Of a DNA stretch of 64,000 nt, positions 1-14,835 are shown one piece after another (position 1 is the first letter of the stretch; each line of letters starts with the position of its first letter). Made by a program: the position numbers and the translations under genes. The stretch is from Octopus bimaculoides (Eukaryota): the NCBI RefSeq assembly GCF_001194135.2, contig NC_068994.1, positions 36,246,985 to 36,310,984 of the forward strand. Direction: 5' to 3'. The notes under the pieces are model-generated. The model was given only the letters and a program-made list of their open reading frames with translations. It had not been told where the DNA came from and made no database searches.

Positions 1-1479
1 TAAAAAAAAAAAGAAGTAATTAAAAATCATACAGACCATGTCAGGGCTCATAACAAAATGCATAACCCAAACACTAACTCAGCTATGCACTACCCACATA
101 CCATAGAAGACACTTTCAATTCAAGAACACAACTCGGACAACTCTCACTGTAATCAATATGTACCTTACACAACAGCTAAAAAATAGAATAACACAACCC
201 TCACAACATATACTCTACTCAATCAATACTCAGTTAAATAATACAACACACACACTCCTGCATAAATGATACCCAACATTGTAACACTAACAACTCAAAC
301 TCTTCACTGCTACAACCAATTTATGCAATACAAACCACACACCACATATTCTTCAATAAAGTATCTAACATTAATCTTACAGTAAATATGAAACACAAAC
401 AACACCCAAGAAAATAATACAATTTTCACTGCACATACTCAACACGACAAATAAAATGTTAAAATAACATGAAAACTAACTAATAAAACCCTAGTACATC
501 ATCATTACTGCTGCTTTCATCATTTATTCTCTCATAAAATTGCAAGCACTAAATATGCAATAACCTGGCAGTTAACTTCCATAAACAAAGCCTGCTAACT
601 TTAAGATATGATATAGAACAAGATGGATTTTTATTTGGCAGTCATTAAGGGTGGTATTACTGGAAGTTTGTGGGTGAGGTTTTTTTGGTCCTTAATTTTC
701 TGGTCGTTGGATTCTTGGTCGATTTCTTGTCCATTGGTTCAGAGTATCAAGGATGAAATAATCTCCTCCACCATTTTTGGAGCTACCATTGGTGGTGCTC
801 AACAAACAACAATTTCTGTTATCTGTTGTTGTTACAGTCCCTGCTTCTCTCTTCATCTCTGTCTTTTAACCCTAACCACTTTGGTTAGAAAGCCTTCAAA
901 TGGTTCTTATCGTCACACATGTAACAACTTGACTTTCTACTTCGTTATTCCCCAACATCAACCAGGACTGTGAGCAATTGCTCTTTTGCAACCCATGATT
1001 AAGTTCTTTTTCTCTTTTTCCTCACTTAGTTTGATAAAGGTACTGAAGCAAGAATAAACTTACCTTTGTTATACACCTCTGCTAGTCAAATTTTGCTCTG
1101 CCAGTCAATTCATATCTAGGACCCATGTATTTCAAAGCAACTCCAGCAAGCAAAAGAAGGCTAGAACTCCCTACTTGCAATCCAAACCTTCCTTTATCCA
1201 TTCCTTCACTTGGCAAACACACACATGTATACCGTGCATGTGTAAGTTTGTATGTTATTGTTATGTTGTTTCATCATTACTCATGTTACTTAAATGGTTC
1301 AGAGTTAAGCTATTTTCAAAAAGTCATTTTTTTCCTCGTTATGAATTAAATGTATTCTACTGAGAGATTGAATTTGTTTTCTTTTTCCTGCCATCTTGGC
1401 CTATAAAAACTTTTTCCAAACATATATAAGAAATACAATAACACAGCTTTCTGTCTAATGTATCTAAATACAAGGGTTA

Positions 1480-2160
1480 GACTACCTCATTTTTTTAAAT
1501 ATCAGTTGGAGCATGTTGGTGAATTAACTATTGCCAATCAGTGAATAGCTGTCTCACAAGCAGTCAATGATGCTTATGAGTTTGGCAGCAGTCTAATCCT
1601 AGATTTGGGACTAATATTTCAATGTGGGTCAAACTTCAGGTCTGTTGAAAAACAGCAACTAATCAGTGTTGGGGTATTTTATCAACTGAGAAAGAAATCT
1701 ACTTTTTGTGATGGAAGTTTGACAATGTAATATATGTGAAGTTACCATGAGAAATAGTGTATTATTCAAATTGAAGTAAGTCTGACAGCTTTAAGCACAT
1801 GCTGTTTAACAAGAGTGTTATGCAAGAATATTCTCTGGATATGTGTAGTGGTTGTATCTTTGTGAAGTAGTGAAGATATCATAACCCCATTGGAAGACAT
1901 CTATGATACCTCTATTCTCTGGAGGTGTCTAGATTGTATGTGGATGACATTTATGTACAAAAGGAGAGGTGTATCATCTGTATTTGTGCATATGTATGTG
2001 TTGTAAAAAGTGACAGTAAACAGGTCTTTGATGACAAAAGGAAGAATATTGGAGATATGACTGAAGTTCAGTTGTCTCTGAAATCCTTCCAAAACCAGAG
2101 TTAATGAAATGCTAGAATGTGGATCAGAGATCTCCCTCAATGCATGCTGCAACTAAAGAA
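1480..2160 (-). mobile_element. Decayed CR1-type LINE reverse transcriptase remnant
   Basis: Manual translation gives LVLEG..SNILPFVIKDL..ICTNTDDTPL, resembling VVLDG..LSPTLFLLFINDL..YADD. Further downstream LKFDPHIE resembles LSWKPHI. Many stops; boundaries approximate. Confidence 0.5.
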
Positions 2161-5100
2161 GTGACTCAAGGAATCATAATATATGCATATGCAGACACTT
2201 AGACCATCTTCATTTGAGCCAACTGTCTATTATAAAAGCTGTTGTTTTTCATTGATAACCAGAGTGTGTCAATACTATCAACACATGTCTGCATTACTAA
2301 GAACAAAATGTTTTCATAAATACATACATACTTACACACACATTATAAAAATAATATATTTTATCCTTATTAACAAACAGTCATTATGAAAAGACATGCA
2401 AAACATTTTATGCTCACATCACTTGTTGTTAGGAATATTATCTAGAATTTTTTTCAGTTATTTCATATTAATATTTTTGTAAACATTTTCATAAACATGA
2501 ACTCCACCACAGTTTTGTGAATATGAACTATATCTCAAACAGACCATATTTAATTGGACATTTTGCTGTGAACAGCTGTGATTCTCTGTTAACTTTATCA
2601 TGCATCATAAACAGAATTTTTTATATATTGTCATGAATCAATAATATGGTCACTTCATAAGTGAATTCATTTCTGTACACACTATACACTGTGTAGTTAT
2701 TTTTATACTGAGATATATTTTCTGAGCTTTTCTTAATTCTGTTTGGATCATTATATTCTTTGTTACACAATTTAAATAACTTTTATTTGTATGTCCCACT
2801 GCTATCTCTTCAACTCAAGAACCATCGTTCACTCATTTATTACCATTACAAGGTTTTATCTTACTTCTCTGATAATCAAACCATATGCAAGTTCATAAAG
2901 TAGTATTTCAGATACCAATTGATATTGTTTATCCTGTGATACATCCTCTAATTACAGAAGCAGTCCACCTGGATACTGAGCTTTACTTTTCACTATTCTT
3001 CTTCAATTATGTGCTTCTTATGATCACATTAACATAGGTGTCATCCTAACCCTAGCATAAATTTTCTGTCTGAAATTTTTTCAGGTGAATCTATCAAATT
3101 ATGACAGTGTCATTTCAAATAAAGCAGTCAATTCCTGAAGCTACATTGTTCTTTCACACACACACACACACACAGCACAAAAATTACAGTTATGCCAACA
3201 TAGAATAATAATTATTGAGTTATTTTGGCCAGCAGGCGATGAGTAGATAAATTCCCTCTAGGGATTATGTCCTATATACGCATACATATGTATATGTATA
3301 CAAATAAATTTAAGAATATTATATTTATAATGTATATTGTATGTAAATATAAAACAGTGGATGTTAAATTGGGGATAATGACAACACATGCACACACACA
3401 CACATATATAATGTTTAATGTGAATTGTGCATATGTATATATGTATATAAATCACCACTTTAGCGATCATCATTTTAGCATGAGTTGAATAAGACTTGTT
3501 GACACAAGTTTCTCGATGAAGCTTTTCTGCTGTTGCCAACACTTACCTGTATCCAAGTAAGGTACTATTTCTTCAAGTACTCAAACAATGGACAGCCCAA
3601 TAGACAGACATGCTTCTGTGGAGGATTGTAAACAAAGACACTGAGTACAACAGTGATTTTTTTTTTTTTTACACTTAGTGTATAAATGTCAAGGCAAGGG
3701 AAACACACAACATGCATACTCACATACACACATATATATGGTATAAAGATATTTACAAATGTGTAGATAGTGTTACAAATACATGTATGTATCATAGAGT
3801 GAATTGATACATAAACATCAAATAATATCCACAGTAACTAGAGGTTCAAGAGAGAAAGGCAGAAAGAACTGAAATATAAACATAAAAAAATATATCCACT
3901 GTAATAAAGAGCTCTATCATTAACACACTATTAAATTCCAGTACATTCATGTAATAAATTTAGGTGAAACAAACTTGCATGTATATACAGAACTGGCTAA
4001 ACTCATCATTTAGATCAACATATTTAAAACACAAGCAGAAAAGCATAAATTTCACACGTAGCTCATAATTCAATTATGCTCAACAGATGTTTCAATTCAA
4101 TAAACATCGGTATTTATATAATTATGTAATTAAGATAATTAACTTAATTTAAAAGTGATGTTCACCTAATCTTAATTATATAATGGTACAAATAATATTG
4201 TTTATTGCTTATGAAACAGCTGTAGAGCACTATTGAATAATGAACAATATGTGAAATTACACTTTTCTGCTTTTCTCCTATGTGTGACTACATGCTCTTG
4301 TGTGCACATGTCTGTGTGTGCATGCACATGCATGTGCATCTGTGTATGTATGTGTGTGTGTGTGTGTGCACCCTTATGTTTATATTAATAACTGTACATA
4401 GTCGTACATATATGAAAACAAAAGAGGAGAGATAGACAAAGTGTGAGAGAGAGAGAGAGAGAAAGAGAGAGAGTGTGTGTGTGTGGGTGTGTGTGTGTGT
4501 GTGTGTGTGTGTCTGTCTATGCATGGAAAAGAGAGTGCATGTAAGTATGCGGCAGAAAGAGAAACAGAAACAGAAAGAAAGAGAAAGAGAGAGAGAAAGA
4601 AAACCCCTCCTGTATACTTTTCTCATAAAAATATAATCAGTGTCCTACGTAGTCATAGTAGGAAAGTTGCTTTTAACATTTGTAATATTTAATTGGCCAC
4701 TCAAGGAAATCTCTTCTAATTCAAAACAAAAGTAAATAGGAACAATCATTTTCTATTTTTATATCAGCAGCAACATATTTTATTTAAAAATGAAATGAGG
4801 TGGAAGATATCCAAAATCAGCTCAAGACAGCTTTTGACTGTTGCATGGTTATCACCCATGCAGCCTCTGACTAACTACAACACTAAGAATGAATATTTGA
4901 TGCACATACTCATTAGTGAGAAAAATAATATCTCTGTGAGTTGATAGTGATTTCCTATAAATACTCATTTAGAATAGGATGACCATAGAGCTGTCAGACA
5001 AGAAATATATAGGAAACAGAAATGAAAAAAAAGCTTTCATTTCAGCAAAATATTATGCATGTATATTTATATCAACAAGCTAAATAACATACCCAAAACT

Positions 5101-6464
5101 GACATAATCCATATAAAATTTCTTATTTTGTATAACTAATCACAATGACTTTTCTCCTTTTAATTTAAGACTAATAGTTATAATAAGTATCTGGTTAATA
5201 AAAACATTAACAATTCAGATGTCTCTCAGTTATCTTGCAATATATGTCATCTATATTTATTTGCCATGGAAAATACAATTTTCAGTATCAAAAGACATCC
5301 GATAATAAGATGTTAACTTTCAATAATTTAGAAGCAAAATTATTGAAATATTATGTACTGAGTTTAAGTCTATTGTGAGTATTTGGTTGTTTTTAAGCAG
5401 AATTCCATTATTTAGAATGGCATCATCCCACCTGCTATCAAGACTAGAAACCATAATTTCTGAGTTACTGAGAACAAACTAACACTCTATCCAAAAATGG
5501 GTTTGTTTTGCACCTGATACTCACTGTGAAATCTTAGCTTTTTTCTTTTTTTCTAAAGCCCCACAGAGCTTAAGAATTATTTAATATTCCTATTTTCATA
5601 AGGCAAAACAGGAAAAGGATGAGGGACATTCATTAAGAGGTGTGTGATTGCTTTGATGTATTAGAAACGAACAAGTTTGAACTCACCAATAATTGTTAAT
5701 GAGAAATATTGATTTGTAACATTAGTACAGGGATACAAGTGTGTTCCCTTGTTGTTTAGCCACAAGAGCAAGTCTATACTCAACTACATTCCAGTCACAT
5801 TCATGCCATCTTTGTGTCAGACATGGTATGCACACAAGGCTACATTATCCAGTAGAGTGTGATTTGTGGAAGTTTCAGCAGAAAGACCAATGCAGAAACT
5901 TCTTTAGTATTTTTTAGCAAAAGGTTCAAACTGATTGAATCAACAACTGATTCTTGTTTTACTAAACCCTGAGGCTTAAAAGGTAAAGTCAGTGTCACCA
6001 GAATTTAAACCCAAAACATAAAGGGATATAACTAATTACCCAATATATTTAATTAGGTACTCTGTTGTTTTGGCCATTCCACATTTTAACAAATATTTGA
6101 TCAACAACAGCTGCCAAATCTCCCTAAAGGTACACACTACCATCCTAAAAGAAAGTGAATGCATTGGATAATATAGTCTGCTTCACAGAAAGAATAACAA
6201 TAACATGGTCACAGCTTAAATGCTTATGATCTTTTGATCTGTTCAATTAGGGTTAACTGACAACACATATTGATGGTTATAATTTCCTTAAAATACAAGC
6301 ATAACAAACTGTGGTTTTGGGCAGAATATAAAATTGTGAAGTCAGCAAACTAGATTAAGTTTGCCTAGACTCAATGGTATACTTAATCTCTGGAAGACGA
6401 TGAAAACTTACTGGTTTTGTTGACTTGCAGAGAAGCTGTGTATGCATGTGGAAAGAGAGATAAA

Positions 6465-6517
<53 letters not shown>

Positions 6518-7274
6518 ACACACACATGCACACATGAAATGCCTTGAGAGTGAAGCTGATAGAGGAAAACTGTGTAGAAGCCAGTTTGAATGTAGGTAGA
6601 TTTCTGTTTATCTCTGACTGCTTGACAACCTGTGTTGCTTTGTTTGTGTTCCTGTAAGTTAGAAGTTCAACAAGAACTTTGTCAAACTTCAAATAGCTCT
6701 GGGTTCAATTTGATAGACTAAACCTTCAAGGAGGTGATTTAGTATGATTACAGTTCAATGACTCAGACATGTAAAACAAAACTGAACAAAAAATATATAC
6801 ATACATACAGATGAGTTTATTTAGGTTAATCCAGTGACCTGTTGCTCTAAAGTTATCTTACTGTATAGACAGCTCCTCAGACAGGAATAGATTAGCTAGA
6901 AGATGAAGACACAGCACTGTGATGATAGATAGAATGACATACACTTGGTTGAAATTACAAGTTGGCTTTTGACCAGAGAAAAGTAGAGGTAAAACACTTA
7001 GCAAGGGGAGAAGGAAATGCTAGCAAGTGTGCATACAAGAACAAACATACACACACACAGATGGAGGTTAGGGTAAAAAAAGTAGGGTAGAAAACAAAAG
7101 AAGAAGAGAAAAATAGAATAAGAAGAATATATAAAAGGGAAACAGATTGACTCCAACATTCACACACATAAGCATGCATACATGTAAGTAGCTAAACAGA
7201 TGAATACACAATGGAACTAAGGTCAAAAGGATCAATTTAGATGAGTAGAACAACACTTCCTTCTACACACATGC

Positions 7275-7277
<3 letters not shown>

Positions 7278-7362
<85 letters not shown>
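7278..7362. repeat. Compound (TA)n-(TG)n microsatellite
   Basis: Directly visible. Confidence 0.95.
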
Positions 7363-7367
<5 letters not shown>

Positions 7368-9549
7368 CATACTCAGACCTACAACCAGGCTAGCTAGTAG
7401 GGAGGAGAAAAGCAAGTTTTTCATCTATGCCAAGAATTACAGTTGCAAATAAAAAAAAAAGCAAGGAATTTCATGAAGAATTTTTTAAACTCCAGAGTAA
7501 CAGTATACCTACATGCAAATAATTACGTACAAATACATATAATTGTTTCTGAGCTTCAGTCATCAATTTTTTCAACTAATGTTGAAAAATTAATGCATAC
7601 TGTTCTTGAATTTACAAAATATTCCAAACTTAAACACATAATGATATAAATTCATTTTCACACATAGATTTAAATGAACATACATACAGATAATTATGTA
7701 TAGATAATTATATCAGTTCTTTTGTGAAATTGAGAAATTATCAATACAAGCGACTTTGCTTAGAAGCAATAATGAATATAGGAAGAAAAGCTGCCTGCCT
7801 ATCTTGAATATGTATTGAGAGACAGAATGTATCAGGCAATATAAATACTGTGTTGTTTGCTTAATTAATCATGCAACGCAAGGTGTGTAGGTGCAAATGC
7901 TGCAAGGTAACCATAAGAGGATATCTGTGGTCACTCAATCTACTGGAAATAGTAACCCATTCTTTGTCATATCAGACCCCACTCTCTTAAAAAGAATGGA
8001 AAGACACAACTGGAAAAAATAGAGACGGGATAATTTCGGGAAAGAGTGCATTTGATAAAAGTCCTTTTGATCGGAGCTGGCCTGGTGCTTAAAATAATAA
8101 AAGCATGGAAGGACATAATGGATAGCAGAGTTCTTAGATACCCTATGCTTGAAAAACAAAAAAATATGTAATGATCAAAAACAGTAGAAATACCTTTAAG
8201 ATTTACTTGATCTAATGTCAGACTAAAGAACAATAACAATACCAATAAACAGTAACAACCATTATAAGACCAAAGGAGAGACACTGTAGAGGAGAATTAA
8301 GATGTTTTAGATCAACTAAACTTGAGGTTGGTTTTAAACAGTGTTGTTGGGTTTTTAAAAATTCAGTCTGCTTAGATCAAACAGACATATGATCAACATT
8401 TTTCCATCCCTGATCAACCTGTCTTTTTGCACATCTAAGACTGCATTAGTTAATACACTCAACAACATTCTTAAAGGCAGAGAGGTGTAATATGAAGGAA
8501 TTTAGTTGTTATTTCTAGCAGGCTGAGTAGTCTCATCTATCCAACCCTTTAAGGAGGCTGATACACTTGTATCTCTAAGAATGAGATGATACTATAAATA
8601 TGCATTTATAAAATTAAACATCACATCAAAACAGCTCAACTGAACATATTTTGACATAAATGCTCAAGTAAAACACATGTGGTTAGATTAAGTTAACTTT
8701 CTTGATATCATTTTTATTCAGCAAATGTGAAAATATTTGACAGTCAATATTCTGACCATGAGAAGTTTCATAGCACCTAAGTTAAAGAGCACCGACATAT
8801 TTTCTCCCTTGTCACCTCACTTATGGAAGTGTGATACTAAATAGTTGTGATAAAATGAACAGCAAATTTTTGAGATCTGTACAACTGAAGTGAAATTTGA
8901 TATGTTAGATATGAAGTTTTAACTTAGATAAAGTGAGTTAAGAATACAGTTGGACATTAAAGTCATTAGTCAATATGTGGACAGGAGAAATTAATACAAT
9001 GAAATGGAAATTTGATGTGAATGGATGAGTGCTGAAAGCAAATGTGTTATAAACTTTTTGTGGCAAAAGTAGACATGGGAAGCCATGGAATAAATGGTGT
9101 GCAATCTCAGGCTATTGGTTTCACAGGATGTAGAAAAATGTTGAGGTGAATGGTGACAGCAGACCTTTCCAGCCACATCAGTAAGAAAAACAGTCATTAA
9201 AATGGTGATGCTGTTGATGATGATGATGATATGCATAAAACACACACACACACACTGCTAAATAAACATGCATGAAAATATATAGCTACATTTATTTGCA
9301 CATACTTTTGTTTTAATATCTAGTTTTTTGGAGACCCGAACTAAGAAAATATATAAAAGAATGATAATACATTCTCAGGTTTTCTCTACCTTTTGATGAA
9401 CAGATCAGATTTACATATATCCTTCAAAATTCCAAGGGTGGGATTGTTTTGCAAGCTTCCTTCTATTTTATTGAGGTGACAAAGAAAGTAAGATAGTGTT
9501 CATTGTATATGCATATCCTCCTTGAAAATTATCCAGCATAAGCTACATG

Positions 9550-11400
9550 ATAAAGATGAATTTTCAGAATACCTAAAGTTTAGTGTTTGTGAAGTAAATG
9601 TGAATAGGAATAGAATACAAGAATAATGTAATTTTGTAAACGAAGGATCAGGTAGTGTGTTTTATACAGAGAGTGAGTGGGAGATAGAAAAATGGTGAAT
9701 GTGAAAAGAGAAACAGAAGTATTGATTAAGTAAAGACTGTTATAGAGCCAATAGAAAACAGAAGCCTTACACAGAACATCAATGAGCCTGTGCTTGTAGC
9801 ATTGGTCATTGAATTCTTGCCTATCAAGCAGATGGCCATTATTCATGTATATAGATTCAAGAATGAATTTACATAAGTAGTAAGCACTGGTCTTGTACCT
9901 AGTCATGAAAAAAATTTAATACTCACAAATTTAACATTCCACTTTTTCCTTTTCTTCTGGTTTTCAGTCTTAGTTTTACTTAAAATTTGTAGTAGTAAAT
10001 TTCCTAAACAACCTATTGATATATGAAACACCTAAGTTCATCATGCACATATACTTTCTGTTATATTCTTCAAATATTAGCAAGCTTTCAAGAAGCCTAT
10101 GAGATTATAGTGACCTTTCTAGTTCACCTCATAGTACACTCATCCAATCAGCTATACATATTTGTTCACAAACTTCCATATTTTGTTTTTTATGCTTGCT
10201 TAGTCACAAAAACTTTTGACATTGTCACACAACTTGATAGAAAGTGCCTTGTTTTGGAAATAGAATTTAAATGTCTAATGCTTGTATGTATTACATATTG
10301 CCGAGAATGTATCATATTTACTCCAACAAAGTTTATTAAACTGTTTTTTGTTGCAGTTTAGAAATTTTTAATATATTGAAAAACTTTTACATTTTTAGGC
10401 TTGCTGATGTTGATGCAGCACCCTGAATACCGTTAATAAGGAATATTAAGAGCTGTGATGGTAACTGGTACAACAGATTTGACAAAGTTGTGTCAAACCT
10501 TATTGTATTGCCTCAAGTTAGCACTTTTCCTCGGACTTACTTATTAAAAACATCTTCAAAATTGACTCCTCAGAAATGGATTTTACAGTGGATCTCAGAT
10601 TTTTTATGTAAGTAGACACATGAATTATTCTAATTTCAAACTTTCAAACTGAACCACACTTAAAGTTTATAAAAATCTATATGCAAAAATTGTATCAGGG
10701 CATTTGTTCAATAACAGATATAAGATCTGAAATACTTTGCATTTTGGGGGTTCTTTACATAAAAAGAAGACCTGCTAACTGTCCAATTTAGATTATTATT
10801 TATTTTTTTCAAATTCTTTGTTTTCAACTCTTCATCCTTGAAAATGTTTGTCGATTTCTTTTCTTTGTTCTGTATTCCAAAGTGTATATTTTTTAGGTCA
10901 AGAAAAACTTCTCTGTTGTTATAATTTCAAGTCTACTCTAAAGTTGTTTTATAATTTTTTTTAAAATACAGTGTGCATACATACATACATTTATATGTAT
11001 ATGTATGAGTAAATGTGTAAGTGTTCTCATCATTATCTCCCAACAATTTATTGGCTGGAAGATCCAAATCAGATCTTCATTGGAGTTACTACCTTCTTAG
11101 GTTGGCATAACAGATTGAATTTGTACATTTTATTTTTAGATTGGCTTCTACCAATAGATATTGTTTTCAACACCAACCTTTTAACAAAGTTTACGTGTAT
11201 ATTTTATCATACCAACACTTTTATATCCTCAACAAAACTAAACTGCCCTTTCAGCTCTATACTGCCCACATTTTCTCAAACACTTTACAGAGTCTACTGG
11301 GTGCATTTTATCATAACACCAGTGAGGTTGCATTGTACATCACAAGACTAAACAATCCTCACTACTCTACATTGTCTGCCACTATTCAGGCAATGTGACC
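9550..11400 (+). mobile_element. Possible very old CR1-type LINE ORF2 remnant (endonuclease plus RT)
   Basis: Broken frames contain IIHVYR (about 9840; endonuclease-like), then LMQH, FDKV and WILQWISDFL (10400-10606), in the order expected for QHGF..KAFDKV..LLxWIxDFL. Heavily decayed. Confidence 0.35.
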
Positions 11401-12118
11401 AAGTGAATCAAAAGAAGAGGATGATGACAGGAGGTGAGTTTCGTTGAGAAGGTAAAGTAAGTGAGAATATGATGTTATGATGTTGGAGGAGAAAGTAATG
11501 TAGGAAACACAGTAATAGCAGGGAGCAAAGAAGAAAAATACTTGATAGCATGATGACAGCTATTCTTGTAGGTAAGAAAGAGAGCAAGAAAGTGATGGAT
11601 GTCAATAATGAGTAACTTGGGAGAGAGAGAGAGTGATGGCTAGAAGAGCAAAATGGTAATGATTGCTGGTGAAGAAAGTAAATAATGGACAGTCATAAGA
11701 AGGGGCTGGGCAATGGTAAAAGAGACAGATGGATATCAATAGTGAGTGGCCTTGAGGAGAGAAAGTGATGGCTAGCATTACAGAGAAGTGATGGTAGGGG
11801 TGTATTGGATATTAACAGATCTGATACAATCATTTGTCACACAAACATCTTGATTTAAGAGACAGAAAGGTTAGAGTGATGTGGTTGGTGGCAGGAAGGT
11901 GGGGGTAAATGGAATAAGGACAGATTCCTTATTAATTCCTTCTCAAACAGATAAACATGGCACAGTGAATAGGATAGTAATAGAAAGATGAGAGAGTAAT
12001 GAAAAAGCAGTGGTGGTGCAAATGAAGATTGAAAAGGAAGCCAATGAGTGAGAGACCCAAATGTAGGTATACAAACCAGTTTCCATCACTTCCAACATTC
12101 TAACGTTTACATTTGTGT

Positions 12119-12149
<31 letters not shown>

Positions 12150-12176
12150 TGTATGTTGGATAGAGCATAGTGTTTA

Positions 12177-12795
12177 TGATCAAAACTGCCACATTAGTGA
12201 ATTACTTTTATTTGAAAAAGACATCACATTTAAGTGGAAATCATTCTCAATGACTATTTTCAAGTATGTGGTTTGAGAAACCATTGAAATATTTGAGACT
12301 TTTGAACTGGACTTCGGTGAAGAAAGATTTGGAAACAATATCTCCTAACTCTCAGAATTGATATACATAACTAGAAATAGTTATAAGGTTTGGTAAAGAT
12401 ATTAATTTCCATTTGAAGTCATAGTTTTAGTTATTAGGTACCATGCAGTGATCTCAAACTCAAAACCAATGCAGTTACAAAGTAAGCTTCTTAATCACAC
12501 AGCCATTCTTGCACAATCACACACACACACACACACACACACACAAGCTATGAAATCAAGTGGAGATTAATATGTTTGCTAAACCTTATAACTATTCCAA
12601 CAGGTCAAGTATAATGTGCATTTCTAAAAGTTATGAAATTTCGTTTCCAAATCTCTCTTCACCAAAATTCAGCCCTCAGATATTTCAAATGGTTTCTCAA
12701 AGCAAATACTTGGAAACAGTCAATAAGAATGATTCCTACTGCCATTTAATGTCTTTTCAAATAAAAGTAGTTCTCTAAAGTAACAGTTTTGATCA
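12177..12795. mobile_element. MITE/foldback element with about 240-bp imperfect TIRs and TA target duplication (Tc1/mariner-type)
   Basis: Left arm tgatcaaaactg..ttacttttatttgaaaa..tttgagaaaccatt..aatagttataaggttt..ccatttga (12177-about 12418) is the reverse complement of about 12553-12795. TA flanks at 12175-76 and 12796-97. The centre holds a SINE fragment and (CA)n. Confidence 0.8.
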
Positions 12796-13859
12796 TACAG
12801 AGACCATGCTCCAGCCAACTGATTACTAATTTTTTTCAATGTAAGTCTTCTAATTAAACATATATCTTCCTCAATACTTTAGTTAGATCTGCCCACTACA
12901 ATAACCTATCTGTTATACTGTTGACCTACATTTCCTCTTTCTCTTTTTGTCACATTTACATATTTCTCTCCAACATACACTCCACTGTTGTATATTCTGT
13001 ATATTTAGCTTATAAAAGACTTAGAACATTCTTCCTTCATTCAGTTTGTGCTGGCCATATTCACTCATCAGGCTTTTTTCAGCTTTGGGCTACAGAAAAA
13101 GACACTTGACCAAAGACACTTGAAAAAAGACATTAGACCCTTAGTGAAACTGGAGCCAAATCCATGTGACTGGAAACTAAACTTATTAATTACAGCCATA
13201 CCTGCACTTTTATATACACATGATACTATAAAAAGCCTTATGAGTGGATTTGGCTTAGAGGATCTGAAAGAGCCCCATTGTTTATATATATATATGCATA
13301 TGTGTGTGTGTGTGTGTGTGCTTGCATGAGTGCGTTTTTTCACTTTACATTGAACAATATAATATAGTTGTCAACAACTTCCACTGTCATACAAGTAATA
13401 TCATTCAAAATTCCACAAAATCACATCTGGCCATTGTGCTGTTAATGTTTGAAGGATTAGAAGAATATCACACTGCTTGGAAATATGTGGGGAATGGTGA
13501 CAGGGAGGGCATCTGCCTTGACAAATTATGTCCACTCCATACAAGCATGGAAATGTGGCCATAAAAGCTATGATGAAGATGATGATACACACACACACAC
13601 ACACGCACACGCGCGCGCGCGCGCACACACACATTTGTATGTGTGTGTGTAAGGTTTTTAGAAAACATTTTAGGGAAAATCCTTGATACACTCAAACATT
13701 TGGAAGGTTTTCTTAAATTAAAAATTATTAATCATATAAAAATAAATCTTTAAAATCATTAGAAAAGGAGATTAACAAAGACCTTAGGTAAAGAAGTTTT
13801 TGTACAAGTGAATTTTACAGTTGTCAGCTTTTCAAACACCCATATAATGTAATTTGTAC

Positions 13860-14330
13860 GGAAGTAGCTTTTAATAATGGTTTTCACTATTTGTGGTTCA
13901 GTTCCAGATTTAGAATTCTTATAAAGTATTCTCTTTTGCCTTTCATAAATTCTTCCTTTATTTTGAATTTTCTGTTTGCACAAATGTTTAAACATTCACT
14001 ACATGCAACATTTCTAAGAGGTCAAATTTGATTTGATACTTATGCACCCTAACCCATTCACTTAATTTTGAACTTTTGGCCTATGTACTTTCAATTGCAT
14101 TGTAGACAAATGATGCAGTAAATGAGATTTTTCATTTTGTAATTCATCTTTGCATTACACTTAATTCCTTCCCATTCTTGAAAGTTCAGGTTTTGCTCTT
14201 TTCAATCAATTCCCATATTCCACAATGTGGGTTTTCACATTTTTGGTACCTGTATTATTTCATCTCCTGATGCAAATTTCATCTTTGTCAAAACTCTTTT
14301 AATATTTAGTGGTCTTCAAATATCAATAAT
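13860..14330 (-). mobile_element. Penelope-like element GIY-YIG endonuclease remnant (family B)
   Basis: Translation NIKRVLTKMKF..MKNLIYCIICLQCN*KYIGQ..KREYFI fits the GIY-YIG motif pair with CxxC. Stops present. Confidence 0.7.
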
Positions 14331-14791
14331 TTGAGGCTATAATTTTCCTATAGAATTGGTATAGAATTGGAAGGTATTGCTCATTTAACCATATATAAGT
14401 TGTAGTTTTGCCATTGTGAATGATTACAAATGGAATATTTCTGTTTCTGCCATTCTTTGAATTGTGAAGGTTTCCCTGAAAGTCAAGAAAAGTCCTTGAA
14501 AACATGTCCAGACATGAGACAATATTATACAGGTTGCAGTTGGTAAGAGGAAGGGCACCCAACCACAGAAAATCTGCCTCAACAAATTCCATGTGACTCA
14601 TGAAAACATGGAAAAGTAGATGTGAAAATGATATGGTATATATATATATATATATATATCATATCACACACACACGCACTCATATGCATAACACATACAT
14701 GTAGCACATGTACATTTATACATAAGCATTTATATGTCATCACACACACATATAGACATATCAAAATATATATACATATATACATATATAT

Positions 14792-14834
<43 letters not shown>

Positions 14835-14835
<1 letters not shown>

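Noticed and set aside
9927-10031. 105-nt phase 0-0 minus-strand exon candidate (VFHISIGCLGNLLLQILSKTKTENQKKRKKWNVKF)
   Set aside because: Weak acceptor, no recognisable homology, no partner exons, and it lies antisense within a probable old LINE.
10399-10607. Exon-like segment (ttttag|..|gtaagt) open except for one in-frame TGA at 10424; selenoprotein idea
   Set aside because: The peptide contains FDKV and LQWISDFL in CR1 RT order, so a decayed LINE explains it better. No SECIS was seen.
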